Positions 48,318 through 56,774 of a stretch of DNA of 64,000 nt are shown here, piece after piece. Both the position numbers and the translations under genes were made by a program. This DNA comes from a virus: the IMG/VR virus record IMGVR_UViG_3300000117_000009, positions 32,001 through 96,000 of that record. One strand, given 5' to 3'. Numbering within the stretch: the stretch's first letter is position 1; each line of letters starts with the position of its first letter. The notes under the pieces are model-generated. The model was not told the DNA's origin and ran no database searches. It saw nothing but the letters and a program-made list of their open reading frames with translations.

Positions 48318-48617
48318 ATGAAAAACAAAGGTAGAAATTTAGATTATGGCCATGTAAAGTCAGATTCCGGTGAAGGTAAAATGGCTAAAACAACTTTGTT
48401 GACTATGGGAAGAGACTTATATAACTTGTATATGTTACTTAATGATCAAGATGACTTACCACAGTGGTGTCATTATAAACTAGCAAAAAGTAGTGCAGAT
48501 TTGTCAACTGTAACAGACTACCTTACATCAAAAATAACAAAGTTATGTATCGATAGAAATATTGATGCAAATACGCTTAGGCTTCACATAAAGGAGTCTT
48601 TTAAAAATGAAGACTAA
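48318..48617 (+). CDS. Phage-type helical protein (EGxMA...DDLPxW...DYL pattern)
   Basis: EGKMAKTTL...DDLPQWCHYKL...VTDYL. Confidence 0.6.
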   Translation: MKNKGRNLDYGHVKSDSGEGKMAKTTLLTMGRDLYNLYMLLNDQDDLPQWCHYKLAKSSADLSTVTDYLTSKITKLCIDRNIDANTLRLHIKESFKNED

Positions 48618-49245
48618 CATATTAGTTGAGAGCTGGAAAAACTTTATTAAAGAGCAAGATGAATTAGACCCTATTACATTGCCAACGAGAATAGAGCCAG
48701 AAATATTTACATTTGGTTTAGTTCCAATGTCAGCGAAACCTTTCCATAAAGGACATATGTTTTTAATAAAAGCAGCTTCTGAAAGATGTAAGAAAGTAAT
48801 AGTATACGTTTCTATTTCTGATAGATCACGTAAAGGAGAAATAACTATTCACGGTGAAGATATGCAATTTATATGGGAAAGTATTATAACAAAGTATCTT
48901 CCTGAAAATGTGAAATGTATATACGGTGGCTCTCCTATAAGTAAAGTATATGAATTTTTAGGCGATATTTCTGAACATGGAGGAGGCGATCAGACATATG
49001 CAATATACACTGGCCAAGATGACGCAAAAAGATACCAAGAAAAGTATTACGAAAACATAAAAGATCAAGTCTGGATAAAAGAGTTTTTAAGAGGTAATGA
49101 TTCCCCAGACGTAAGCGGAACATTAATGAGGTCTTATTTATCAAACGCTTCTCAAGACAAGTTTTTGTTTTTAGATGGATTGCCAAATATGTCTGACTCA
49201 GATAAAGAAGAAATATTTAATATTTTATTTAGAAGATTAAATTAA
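48607..49245 (+). CDS. Cytidylyltransferase-like (HxGH) nucleotidyltransferase
   Basis: KPFHKGH, VSGTLMR (SxT/R motif); N-terminal ILVESWKNFIKE tag. Confidence 0.78.
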   Translation: MKTNILVESWKNFIKEQDELDPITLPTRIEPEIFTFGLVPMSAKPFHKGHMFLIKAASERCKKVIVYVSISDRSRKGEITIHGEDMQFIWESIITKYLPENVKCIYGGSPISKVYEFLGDISEHGGGDQTYAIYTGQDDAKRYQEKYYENIKDQVWIKEFLRGNDSPDVSGTLMRSYLSNASQDKFLFLDGLPNMSDSDKEEIFNILFRRLN

Positions 49246-52200
49246 AAATAGACTTTAAAGATCTTCTATTTGATTCCTGTTGAATAAACTTTTGTTTAAA
49301 GGTTGGAAATATGCCTTTTTTATCTCTATAAGCTGCACCTAAAATCTGATTTAACGGTGCAAACCCGCCAGTAACCTTTATTAAGTCGCCTTGATAATCA
49401 TAAACACCACCTTCAACGGTAGTTGCCACAATATCTGTAATGTCTTTGTCTATTACTTTATCTAGATGTGTTCTTAAACGATGCACTTCTGACTCCCAAT
49501 AGTTTTCTGGCTTTTCATTCATGTAATCAGTCAAGTCATTAATTGCAGTTTGAAGTTTGTCTCTAAGTAATTCGATATTCTTTTGATTTGTTTCATCTGA
49601 CATATAAGCAGACTTGACACCCTTCAATAAGTCGACGCCTAGATCAACAAAAACATCTTTAAACGGAGATATAATTCTTTGAACTTTCTTTAAAGCTTTG
49701 CTAGCGTTAGTTAGATCTAGACTTCTTAATCCTGCTGCATCACTCTTGATCAAAGAAGAAGTAAAATCTTTACTTTTAATCTTATTGCCTAGTCTGTCTT
49801 CTCCGTAAAGAACAAAGTCATATATTTTTTTCAAAGTTTCTCTGTCTAAATCAATACCTAATCCTTCGATTTCTTGCTTGATAATGTTTTCTATTCCTTC
49901 ACCTAGAGTAACATCTCCAGTTATTCCTAGTCTTAGAGTAACTTCTTTTACTCTTTCAACGTAATCTTCTATTTGAACACTTGTTAATTCATTTAGATTA
50001 ACTGTTCTATTTGATGCAAGAGTAAATCCGGCTGAAGATATTCCGCTATCCATTAGTCTTATTATTTTTTCTAATCGTTGGCCTTTGTTTGTGGAATGTA
50101 TTGTTTTTCTTCCATCAACATAATCAACAATACTGTGAAATACAATGTATTTTTCATCGTATACAATTTGATTTGGTTTGTCTGGATGCATTATTTCAAA
50201 GTTGATAAAGGATTTTGTTTCACCGTCTGGATGAAATGACTCTCTTATCTCCATTTCTGCAGCTGGACCAGCTGATTGTAACCATTGCTCAACGCCACGT
50301 TTGATTGCATTACCACCTTCAACAAAAGGTTTTTCTGCGCCGTGGCCTGTGAATTTTGCAACAAGATCATCGTGCGCCATATCTTCTTTGTTGCGAGCGA
50401 ACATAAGAGTACCGTCTTGCTCGACAGTAAAGAATAAGTTTTGGCCGTCGACTTTTTCTATAATCTTTTGTGAAGTACTATATTCTTTTATTCTGTCAAT
50501 AATTTGTCTTGGCGTCATATCTAATGCTTCATAAGGATGCATCATATGACCTGCTAAACCACCCTCACTAATTATTTTTTTTTTAAACAAATGTTTATAG
50601 GCTTCTTTTAAACTTTTGCCTGTGTATCTTTTGTGATCTTGCATACCTGCTATAGACTTATCTAAATTGCTAGAAGAAATTTCTGATAGTCTTTCATTAA
50701 AAGCTTTTAATATATTATTTTTATTTATTTTTTTTTGCGATGAAAAGTAAAAGTCTTGAGCGCTCTTTCGTTCGAGATTAGCTGCAGCTTCAAGATGTCT
50801 TAAGTTTTGTTCTTTACTTCTTCCTTCAAAAACAGACAAAAGAGATTGAGCTATATTTTTTTTGACTCTTGATTGGAGCCTCTGCGCTTGACTTTTAATA
50901 ATATCACTTATATAGTTATCTTTTAGACCCATTGATGCTTCAATACAGTCTGATATTATTTTTTTTAAGTTATAACTATTATCATTACTTATTTTACTTA
51001 TAATATTTATTATATCTAATTTGTCTTCTTCTACAATGTCACTGTTTTTAATTTCATCTATACATGAATCTAAATCATTTTTTATTTTATAGTAAGCTGC
51101 TACATGTTTTAAAGCAGCATTTAAAAATTTATTGTAGTTAACTAACTTAATATCTACTTCAAAGTTTCCGCTATAATCTAAGTTTGAAAGTTTTGTGCAT
51201 AAAAAAGAAAAATCCTTTATGTCATCTTTTATTTCACCGTATTGAACGCTTATTTCATCTGTTATATAGTCTTTGCTCTGTATCGAATTATTTCCTGGTA
51301 TATGTAATTTTTTGGCTTTAGACTTTCCATCGTCTGAAAGTATGAATTCATCATTGTTTTTTGAAAGAGTTAAAGAGCTTTGAGGTGAAGATATTTTATT
51401 TTTTGATTTATTTACATTTAAATAAAGACGACCTTCATTAGACATGTCTAATGAATATTCAATAGATGATAGTCCTAAAAATCTTAACTCAGTTGTTGCT
51501 GCTAAAGATTTAAGTGCTAAAACTGTATTAGATATATTTAGAATTGCAGAATTTTTTACGTTTGATCCAGTCTTAGACGTTATTATAGGATCAGAAGGTG
51601 TATATTGATTTGTGCACTTAAGGTCAAAAAGACCAAATTTAATTTCTTTAAAATTATTTTTTTGCCTTATAATAAAGTCAAAAGGTGACATCTTTGTCGG
51701 CAAGTATAAGTTGTGATTTGCAGCTGCACTGTATAATTCATCATCTTTTTCGTATTCAAAACATTCATAGTCACTTTTTGACACATCCAATATAGAAAGA
51801 TATTCATCTATTAAAGCGCTTACACTTGTGTCTATTATATTAGTATCAATAAGTTTTAAAGAATATAAAAATAATTGCTCCCACCAAGCATCACTTTTTT
51901 TAGTATTGTTTATTAAAATATTATACATGTAATTAGTTTGTTGCTTTAAAAGAATGTTTATTAAAATAATTGAAACTTTCTTTGAAGGCAAACTAATATC
52001 ACTACTATCTATTTCTGAAGGTATTGATTCCAAGTCACCTTCAGGTCTATCACTAATCATTTTATTTCTAACAGCATTATAAACTAAAAGTTCAAAATAA
52101 GGACCGAATGTTGTAGATAGACCTGCTTGGCCAGCTTGAAGAGCAGACTTAAAAGCGTCAATAACTTTATTTACAGCACTTGCAATCTCTAGTTCGTCAA

Positions 52201-52726
52201 TTTTATCTTGCCCGGGCTTAATTTTCATTGTTGATTTATTAACTAATTTTCTGTATAAAAACACAGTTATTGCGTTAATAAAGTCTGTTGGGTTGCTAGC
52301 ATTTACAATTGAAATTAAGAGATCGGATCCACCTCCGCGCGCTGGTGTAATATCATATTTATCGTCAAGATAATGTCCAAGTGCTTTTTTAGCTTCTGGA
52401 GGATTGACGCTACCTTTGAATTTTTTTATACCATCACTACTTAAAGCTTCATTTATAGTAATTGTCTTTTTAAGATCTTCTTCGTTTTGATTGATATGGT
52501 TATGAAAAGAAAAGTAAGCATTAACAATATCTTTTTTACTTGCAATAATGCTGATTGTTTTATTTTCATGAATTTTAAGGTCAAAACTTGTTTGTTCAGA
52601 AAGTATATTTCTTAAAGTAGTATTAATGATATTTAAGTCAGAAAACTCAGATGGTTGTGCATTTATTGTATTTAACTCTCTATATTCAAAAATATTTTTA
52701 TATTCGTTCTTAAGACTACACTTCAT
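49229..52726 (-). CDS. Large multidomain protein: possible PD-(D/E)XK domain plus C-terminal KxDG ligase-like domain
   Basis: GPYFE...SPFDF...FDLK; EGGLAGHMMHPYE...EKVDGQNL...NFEI...EGGV...KVTGGFAPLNQILG. Confidence 0.6.
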   Translation of the reverse strand: MKCSLKNEYKNIFEYRELNTINAQPSEFSDLNIINTTLRNILSEQTSFDLKIHENKTISIIASKKDIVNAYFSFHNHINQNEEDLKKTITINEALSSDGIKKFKGSVNPPEAKKALGHYLDDKYDITPARGGGSDLLISIVNASNPTDFINAITVFLYRKLVNKSTMKIKPGQDKIDELEIASAVNKVIDAFKSALQAGQAGLSTTFGPYFELLVYNAVRNKMISDRPEGDLESIPSEIDSSDISLPSKKVSIILINILLKQQTNYMYNILINNTKKSDAWWEQLFLYSLKLIDTNIIDTSVSALIDEYLSILDVSKSDYECFEYEKDDELYSAAANHNLYLPTKMSPFDFIIRQKNNFKEIKFGLFDLKCTNQYTPSDPIITSKTGSNVKNSAILNISNTVLALKSLAATTELRFLGLSSIEYSLDMSNEGRLYLNVNKSKNKISSPQSSLTLSKNNDEFILSDDGKSKAKKLHIPGNNSIQSKDYITDEISVQYGEIKDDIKDFSFLCTKLSNLDYSGNFEVDIKLVNYNKFLNAALKHVAAYYKIKNDLDSCIDEIKNSDIVEEDKLDIINIISKISNDNSYNLKKIISDCIEASMGLKDNYISDIIKSQAQRLQSRVKKNIAQSLLSVFEGRSKEQNLRHLEAAANLERKSAQDFYFSSQKKINKNNILKAFNERLSEISSSNLDKSIAGMQDHKRYTGKSLKEAYKHLFKKKIISEGGLAGHMMHPYEALDMTPRQIIDRIKEYSTSQKIIEKVDGQNLFFTVEQDGTLMFARNKEDMAHDDLVAKFTGHGAEKPFVEGGNAIKRGVEQWLQSAGPAAEMEIRESFHPDGETKSFINFEIMHPDKPNQIVYDEKYIVFHSIVDYVDGRKTIHSTNKGQRLEKIIRLMDSGISSAGFTLASNRTVNLNELTSVQIEDYVERVKEVTLRLGITGDVTLGEGIENIIKQEIEGLGIDLDRETLKKIYDFVLYGEDRLGNKIKSKDFTSSLIKSDAAGLRSLDLTNASKALKKVQRIISPFKDVFVDLGVDLLKGVKSAYMSDETNQKNIELLRDKLQTAINDLTDYMNEKPENYWESEVHRLRTHLDKVIDKDITDIVATTVEGGVYDYQGDLIKVTGGFAPLNQILGAAYRDKKGIFPTFKQKFIQQESNRRSLKSIFNLIF

Positions 52727-53088
52727 CGTTTACCACCCCAGTATTCTTTGGCAAGACCTTCGTTTATTAATTGTTTATTATAACTATTTTCGAACTCAGG
52801 TTTATCTTTTTCTAATTCCCAGATTGTTCCAAGCCACCTACCGAACTTGCCACGTTTAGCTGTATGTAATAACACCTTCTTATCAAGGATTCGCTCTCGC
52901 AACCAATCACGTGTTGCTAAACCCTTTTCTTTCTCGTCTAAGTCTTTAGTTCTAACTTCAGGTGTATCAATACCCACAAGTCTTACCTTGATTTTCACAG
53001 ATGTCTTAAACCCGAGGTCAACTACGGCAGTCACTGTGTCTCCATCATAAACTTTTACAATTTCAGCAATATAATAATATGGTTTCAT
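52723..53088 (-). CDS. Thermonuclease (SNase) family nuclease
   Basis: VYDGDT, VRLVGIDTPE, GKFGRWLG, N..LI.EGLA. Confidence 0.9.
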   Translation of the reverse strand: MKPYYYIAEIVKVYDGDTVTAVVDLGFKTSVKIKVRLVGIDTPEVRTKDLDEKEKGLATRDWLRERILDKKVLLHTAKRGKFGRWLGTIWELEKDKPEFENSYNKQLINEGLAKEYWGGKR

Positions 53089-53120
53089 TTACTATTCCTT
53101 TTAATATAAAAGTAATTATA

Positions 53121-53765
53121 TCACCACCATGTATATTTCTTTTTTCCACCTGTTAAATGTGGGTATCTTCCTGTTCTACATGCCCAATAACTTGCTGTTG
53201 TCTTGTCTTTTGTCAAATGACATCGATGACGAGCAGCAAATGATTTACGACGCTTTGGGTCACTTATACCAACAGGCATTCCTTTTGCGCCCCACTGAAC
53301 CTTTTTAATATTCCCTGTCTTGGGGTTTTTTACATATACATAAAACTTCTTAGAACCACCTCTTCTAGGCTTATTAAGATCTACTTTTTTTCCTTTATAA
53401 AGATTGCCACTCTTTTTCTTTTTTGTTGACTTCTTCTTTCTTCTTTTGCGTTTCTCTTCTAATATCTCTAAAGGAATACTTGGTTTTAAAGACTCGTCAC
53501 CTTCTAAAATTGGATAGTCTAACGGGACAAGACCACCATTGTAAAAGTCCCACTCACCAATAGATGTTTCGTTTATGTAATAACACTCAGCTGGATTTAA
53601 ATCATAAAGGCCTAGTTCACTTAAATCCCTTACTTCTCTAAATAAACTGAAGTATTTGGATGATCCAGGCCGATAAATGTTATTCTCTATTCCAATGTTT
53701 TCTATTAAATGAAACTGTAAACCTTCAGATAATATTTTTTTGTTTTCTAATAATAATTTATTCAT
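53121..53765 (-). CDS. Protein with basic C-terminal domain (KKFYVYV...RRKSFAARHRC...YWACR)
   Basis: Motif pattern; Lys-rich linker after LEILEE. Confidence 0.65.
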   Translation of the reverse strand: MNKLLLENKKILSEGLQFHLIENIGIENNIYRPGSSKYFSLFREVRDLSELGLYDLNPAECYYINETSIGEWDFYNGGLVPLDYPILEGDESLKPSIPLEILEEKRKRRKKKSTKKKKSGNLYKGKKVDLNKPRRGGSKKFYVYVKNPKTGNIKKVQWGAKGMPVGISDPKRRKSFAARHRCHLTKDKTTASYWACRTGRYPHLTGGKKKYTWW

Positions 53766-54118
53766 TTTTTCTTTTTAGCTTTTGATTTTTTAACAATAGC
53801 CCAATCCTTCGAAGGTGTTGCTGAATTGACTCTTGCATGTGCCCATTGATGTTGTGACATACCTTTACGACTGCCACTCGTTGCCCAAGCTGCTAAGCCT
53901 CTTTTATATTCAGCGTAAACAGAACCTCTTGTTAGTCCTCTTTTGTCTGCCTTTTTATTTAAAGTTTCTTTTGTAGCAGCAGATAAGCCACCTGACGATG
54001 ACTTCTTAGCAGACTTTTTCTTAGTAGTACTTTTCTTCTTACCTTTTTTTCTACCTCTTTTAGCTTCATCTAACAATGCTTCTCTAATAAATTCTTCTAA
54101 TAATATCAAATCGTTCAT
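53762..54118 (-). CDS. Basic tagged protein (RGLAAW...QWAHARVNS pattern)
   Basis: LILLEEFIREALLDEA tag followed by a Lys-rich body. Confidence 0.7.
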   Translation of the reverse strand: MNDLILLEEFIREALLDEAKRGRKKGKKKSTTKKKSAKKSSSGGLSAATKETLNKKADKRGLTRGSVYAEYKRGLAAWATSGSRKGMSQHQWAHARVNSATPSKDWAIVKKSKAKKKK

Positions 54119-54128
54119 TTATATTTTC

Positions 54129-54425
54129 CTATTTCTTGCTGTCATGCCTCGGAACGTTTTTGTAACCTTTTTTATTTCTTTCAGACTTTTCCATATTGTC
54201 TCTTATCTTGTAAGCTTTTTGTCTGTCAGAGGCTTTACTGCTTTTTGCTAGAGATGTTGCTCGGTCTAATTTTTTCTTTCTTTTACCTTTAGCTTTGTAT
54301 TGAGTTGGATATTTTTTCTTTGAAGCTTTCTTTTTTGATTTACTTTTTTTTTGCTTTCGTTTTTTTCTTGCCTCATCTAGTAAAGCTTCTTTAATAAATT
54401 CTTCTAGTATTAATAAATCTTGCAT
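54129..54425 (-). CDS. Highly basic tagged protein
   Basis: LLILEEFIKEALLDEA tag, near-identical to that of the adjacent gene. Confidence 0.7.
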   Translation of the reverse strand: MQDLLILEEFIKEALLDEARKKRKQKKSKSKKKASKKKYPTQYKAKGKRKKKLDRATSLAKSSKASDRQKAYKIRDNMEKSERNKKGYKNVPRHDSKK

Positions 54426-54490
54426 TGCTATTTCTCAAAAGTATTGTTTTATATAAAATAATTATTTCTTGCTTTTGCTTTTATTCATAC

Positions 54491-56266
54491 TTATTGATAT
54501 GAAGCTATTCCAGCTAGCTGTGATATTTCTTCGCAAATATTCATAAATACTTTAACCATTATAAAACTTGTTTTTTCTTCGTCGTCTGTAAGAGAATTCC
54601 ATTCTAAGTTTGCAGCGTAATCTTGAACTTTGTCAAGCGTTTTTATCATGTTGTTATAGGCAGATGCATCTTCAATCCTATAAATACTTTTGTTTCTATT
54701 CTTTGATAAAAACACTTGAATGTAAGTAAGACTGTTTTCAATTTTAGCTATTTTAGGCATTTCACTTTTTATTATTGTAAGTTGTTTTTTAATACTAGAA
54801 TTTAAAAATTTTTCTTTAATACCAATGTCAAATACTATTAATTTGCTACCATCTCTCTCAAGATACATGTTAAAATTAAAAATTTTGTTTGATGAGTGAA
54901 ACAATATAAAATCAAAAAATTTTGATTCTTTCTTAGTTAAATCTTTCCATGCTTTTTCTCTTAGCGCTTCTATAGAATTTTCTAATTTAACATCATCAAA
55001 AAGCTTTGTATCGAAAAGAGTCTCTAGTTGGGGATTCTTTTCAAGAATGTCAACTATTTTATTCATAGTTACAGAATTAAGTCTATTTTTCGACACATGA
55101 AAAATGTCAAAATCATTTATATTTGTTATTTTTGATTTGAAAATATTGTTATACGTGCCAATTAAAACAACATTTTCTTTTTTAGAAGAATTTAAGTAAA
55201 CTGCTTGAACAGGCTCGTTATCATGTAGTGTAGAAGAACCTTTGTCGTTTATGAATTCTATATCAATAGAATTTAGCAGCATTGTAAAAATAGGACCTTG
55301 TTGTTTTTCTCTCTGATTATTGATTTTGTTTACGTCAAAAACTTCTGAAGGCGGCTCATATGATGATGGCTCTGAAAATATGTCTGAAAGCATCCAGCAT
55401 GCAAAATATAAAATGTGAAAATCAGAAAGAGCTTTTTTCTCTCTTGCCTTGAAAAATCTATTTCTTGCTGATAAAGCTAACTCTTCTGTTAGACCTGACA
55501 CGTAATCAACAATTTTACTAACAACGCCAGCAGGGAAACTGTTACTGTTAAGACTCGTAATTAGACATAAATCTTTTATTAACTCATTTAATATTTTACC
55601 AAAAGATCCAGAATTGTCAAAAGAAATAGAACTGTTATAAGAAATTAGATTTTTATTTCGCTTAATTATTCTGTCGATTTTTTTGATTGTTTCACTTTTC
55701 CTGTAATTTGATTCTGATTTTGGAATGTTACTATCTATACTTTGTACATCACTTTGTTCTAGTCTGTTAGCAGATGAAAACATAATGTACGTATGAACAA
55801 TTGTTCTTAAGTCTTTTTTAAAATTACCTGTATAGTTGTTACTTCCATCACCTTCTATTTCTATAGATCGTACGCTGTTAGACCTTTTAAACATATGAAA
55901 ATAGGGTCTATTTAAAGCAAAGCTAGTGCCTCTTATTTTTGATTTCTCAACTATTTCTTTTAAAGATGATATGTTAAGAGGATAAGCATAATTTCCATGA
56001 GGAGTATCAAACGAAACTTTTGGACTTATTTCAAGCCTCGGGATGTTCTCGTCATATTCATCAACAAAAGATATAAAGCAGTTATCACCAACGTTTTCTA
56101 AAACTTTCAAAAGAGTTTCTTCGTGGTCTACATTCGTCATATTCAAACTATATGATGCAGCTTGTTGGTGTTGTGTCTCTCCTGTAATGTTTTGTGCAGG
56201 ATTAATGATTGCAGAAGATGCTGCTTCTTTTAGAAACTCTTTAATATACTTTTCTAACAAAATCAT
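54491..56266 (-). CDS. Tagged protein, paralog of 12560..14743 (possible ART fold)
   Basis: MILLEKYIKEFLKEA; SPKVSFDTPHGNYAYPL; DKGSSTLHDNEPVQAV. Confidence 0.6.
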   Translation of the reverse strand: MILLEKYIKEFLKEAASSAIINPAQNITGETQHQQAASYSLNMTNVDHEETLLKVLENVGDNCFISFVDEYDENIPRLEISPKVSFDTPHGNYAYPLNISSLKEIVEKSKIRGTSFALNRPYFHMFKRSNSVRSIEIEGDGSNNYTGNFKKDLRTIVHTYIMFSSANRLEQSDVQSIDSNIPKSESNYRKSETIKKIDRIIKRNKNLISYNSSISFDNSGSFGKILNELIKDLCLITSLNSNSFPAGVVSKIVDYVSGLTEELALSARNRFFKAREKKALSDFHILYFACWMLSDIFSEPSSYEPPSEVFDVNKINNQREKQQGPIFTMLLNSIDIEFINDKGSSTLHDNEPVQAVYLNSSKKENVVLIGTYNNIFKSKITNINDFDIFHVSKNRLNSVTMNKIVDILEKNPQLETLFDTKLFDDVKLENSIEALREKAWKDLTKKESKFFDFILFHSSNKIFNFNMYLERDGSKLIVFDIGIKEKFLNSSIKKQLTIIKSEMPKIAKIENSLTYIQVFLSKNRNKSIYRIEDASAYNNMIKTLDKVQDYAANLEWNSLTDDEEKTSFIMVKVFMNICEEISQLAGIASYQ

Positions 56267-56484
56267 TTTTTAACCTTACTTAAATGTTTAGACATAACTT
56301 GCGTTGTTTTTCCTTTACCACTTCTAAGCCTAATGATTGACATTGGCCCCGGACCATCAGCTTCTACTACTTTGACAATTTTGCCTTTGTATACCGCTTT
56401 TTTTGCTTTCCTAAGCCATTTAGGCGGCTTGTTGCCTTCTGAAAGTATTATTTCAAGTATAAGATCTTTAAGTAATTCATTCAT
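56263..56484 (-). CDS. Small tagged basic protein (SH3-like)
   Basis: MNELLKDLILEIILSEG. Confidence 0.55.
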   Translation of the reverse strand: MNELLKDLILEIILSEGNKPPKWLRKAKKAVYKGKIVKVVEADGPGPMSIIRLRSGKGKTTQVMSKHLSKVKK

Positions 56485-56765
56485 TTGTATTTTCTCACAT
56501 TGATTATTAGATTTGTTCCGTTTTTATTAATTATTCGATGCCATGTTTCTTTAGGTATTTTAAAAATAGATTCTTTCTGCATTAACTGAGGCAGCTCATT
56601 TTCTATCTGGAGATACCAACCGTCACCTTCAACAACAAATACATCACGGTCTTCTTCGTCCATATGCCAGTTTAGGTCTTCTTCGATGAGTGTCGACATA
56701 AAATCACGTTGAATAAGTGTATATGTTTCTGTTTCTTCGATTATTTTCTCTTTAAATGGCAACAT
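56481..56765 (-). CDS. Small cupin-like protein
   Basis: WHMDEEDR..VEGDGW...IPKETWHRI. Confidence 0.65.
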   Translation of the reverse strand: MLPFKEKIIEETETYTLIQRDFMSTLIEEDLNWHMDEEDRDVFVVEGDGWYLQIENELPQLMQKESIFKIPKETWHRIINKNGTNLIINVRKYK

Positions 56766-56774
56766 AGTCTTTCC

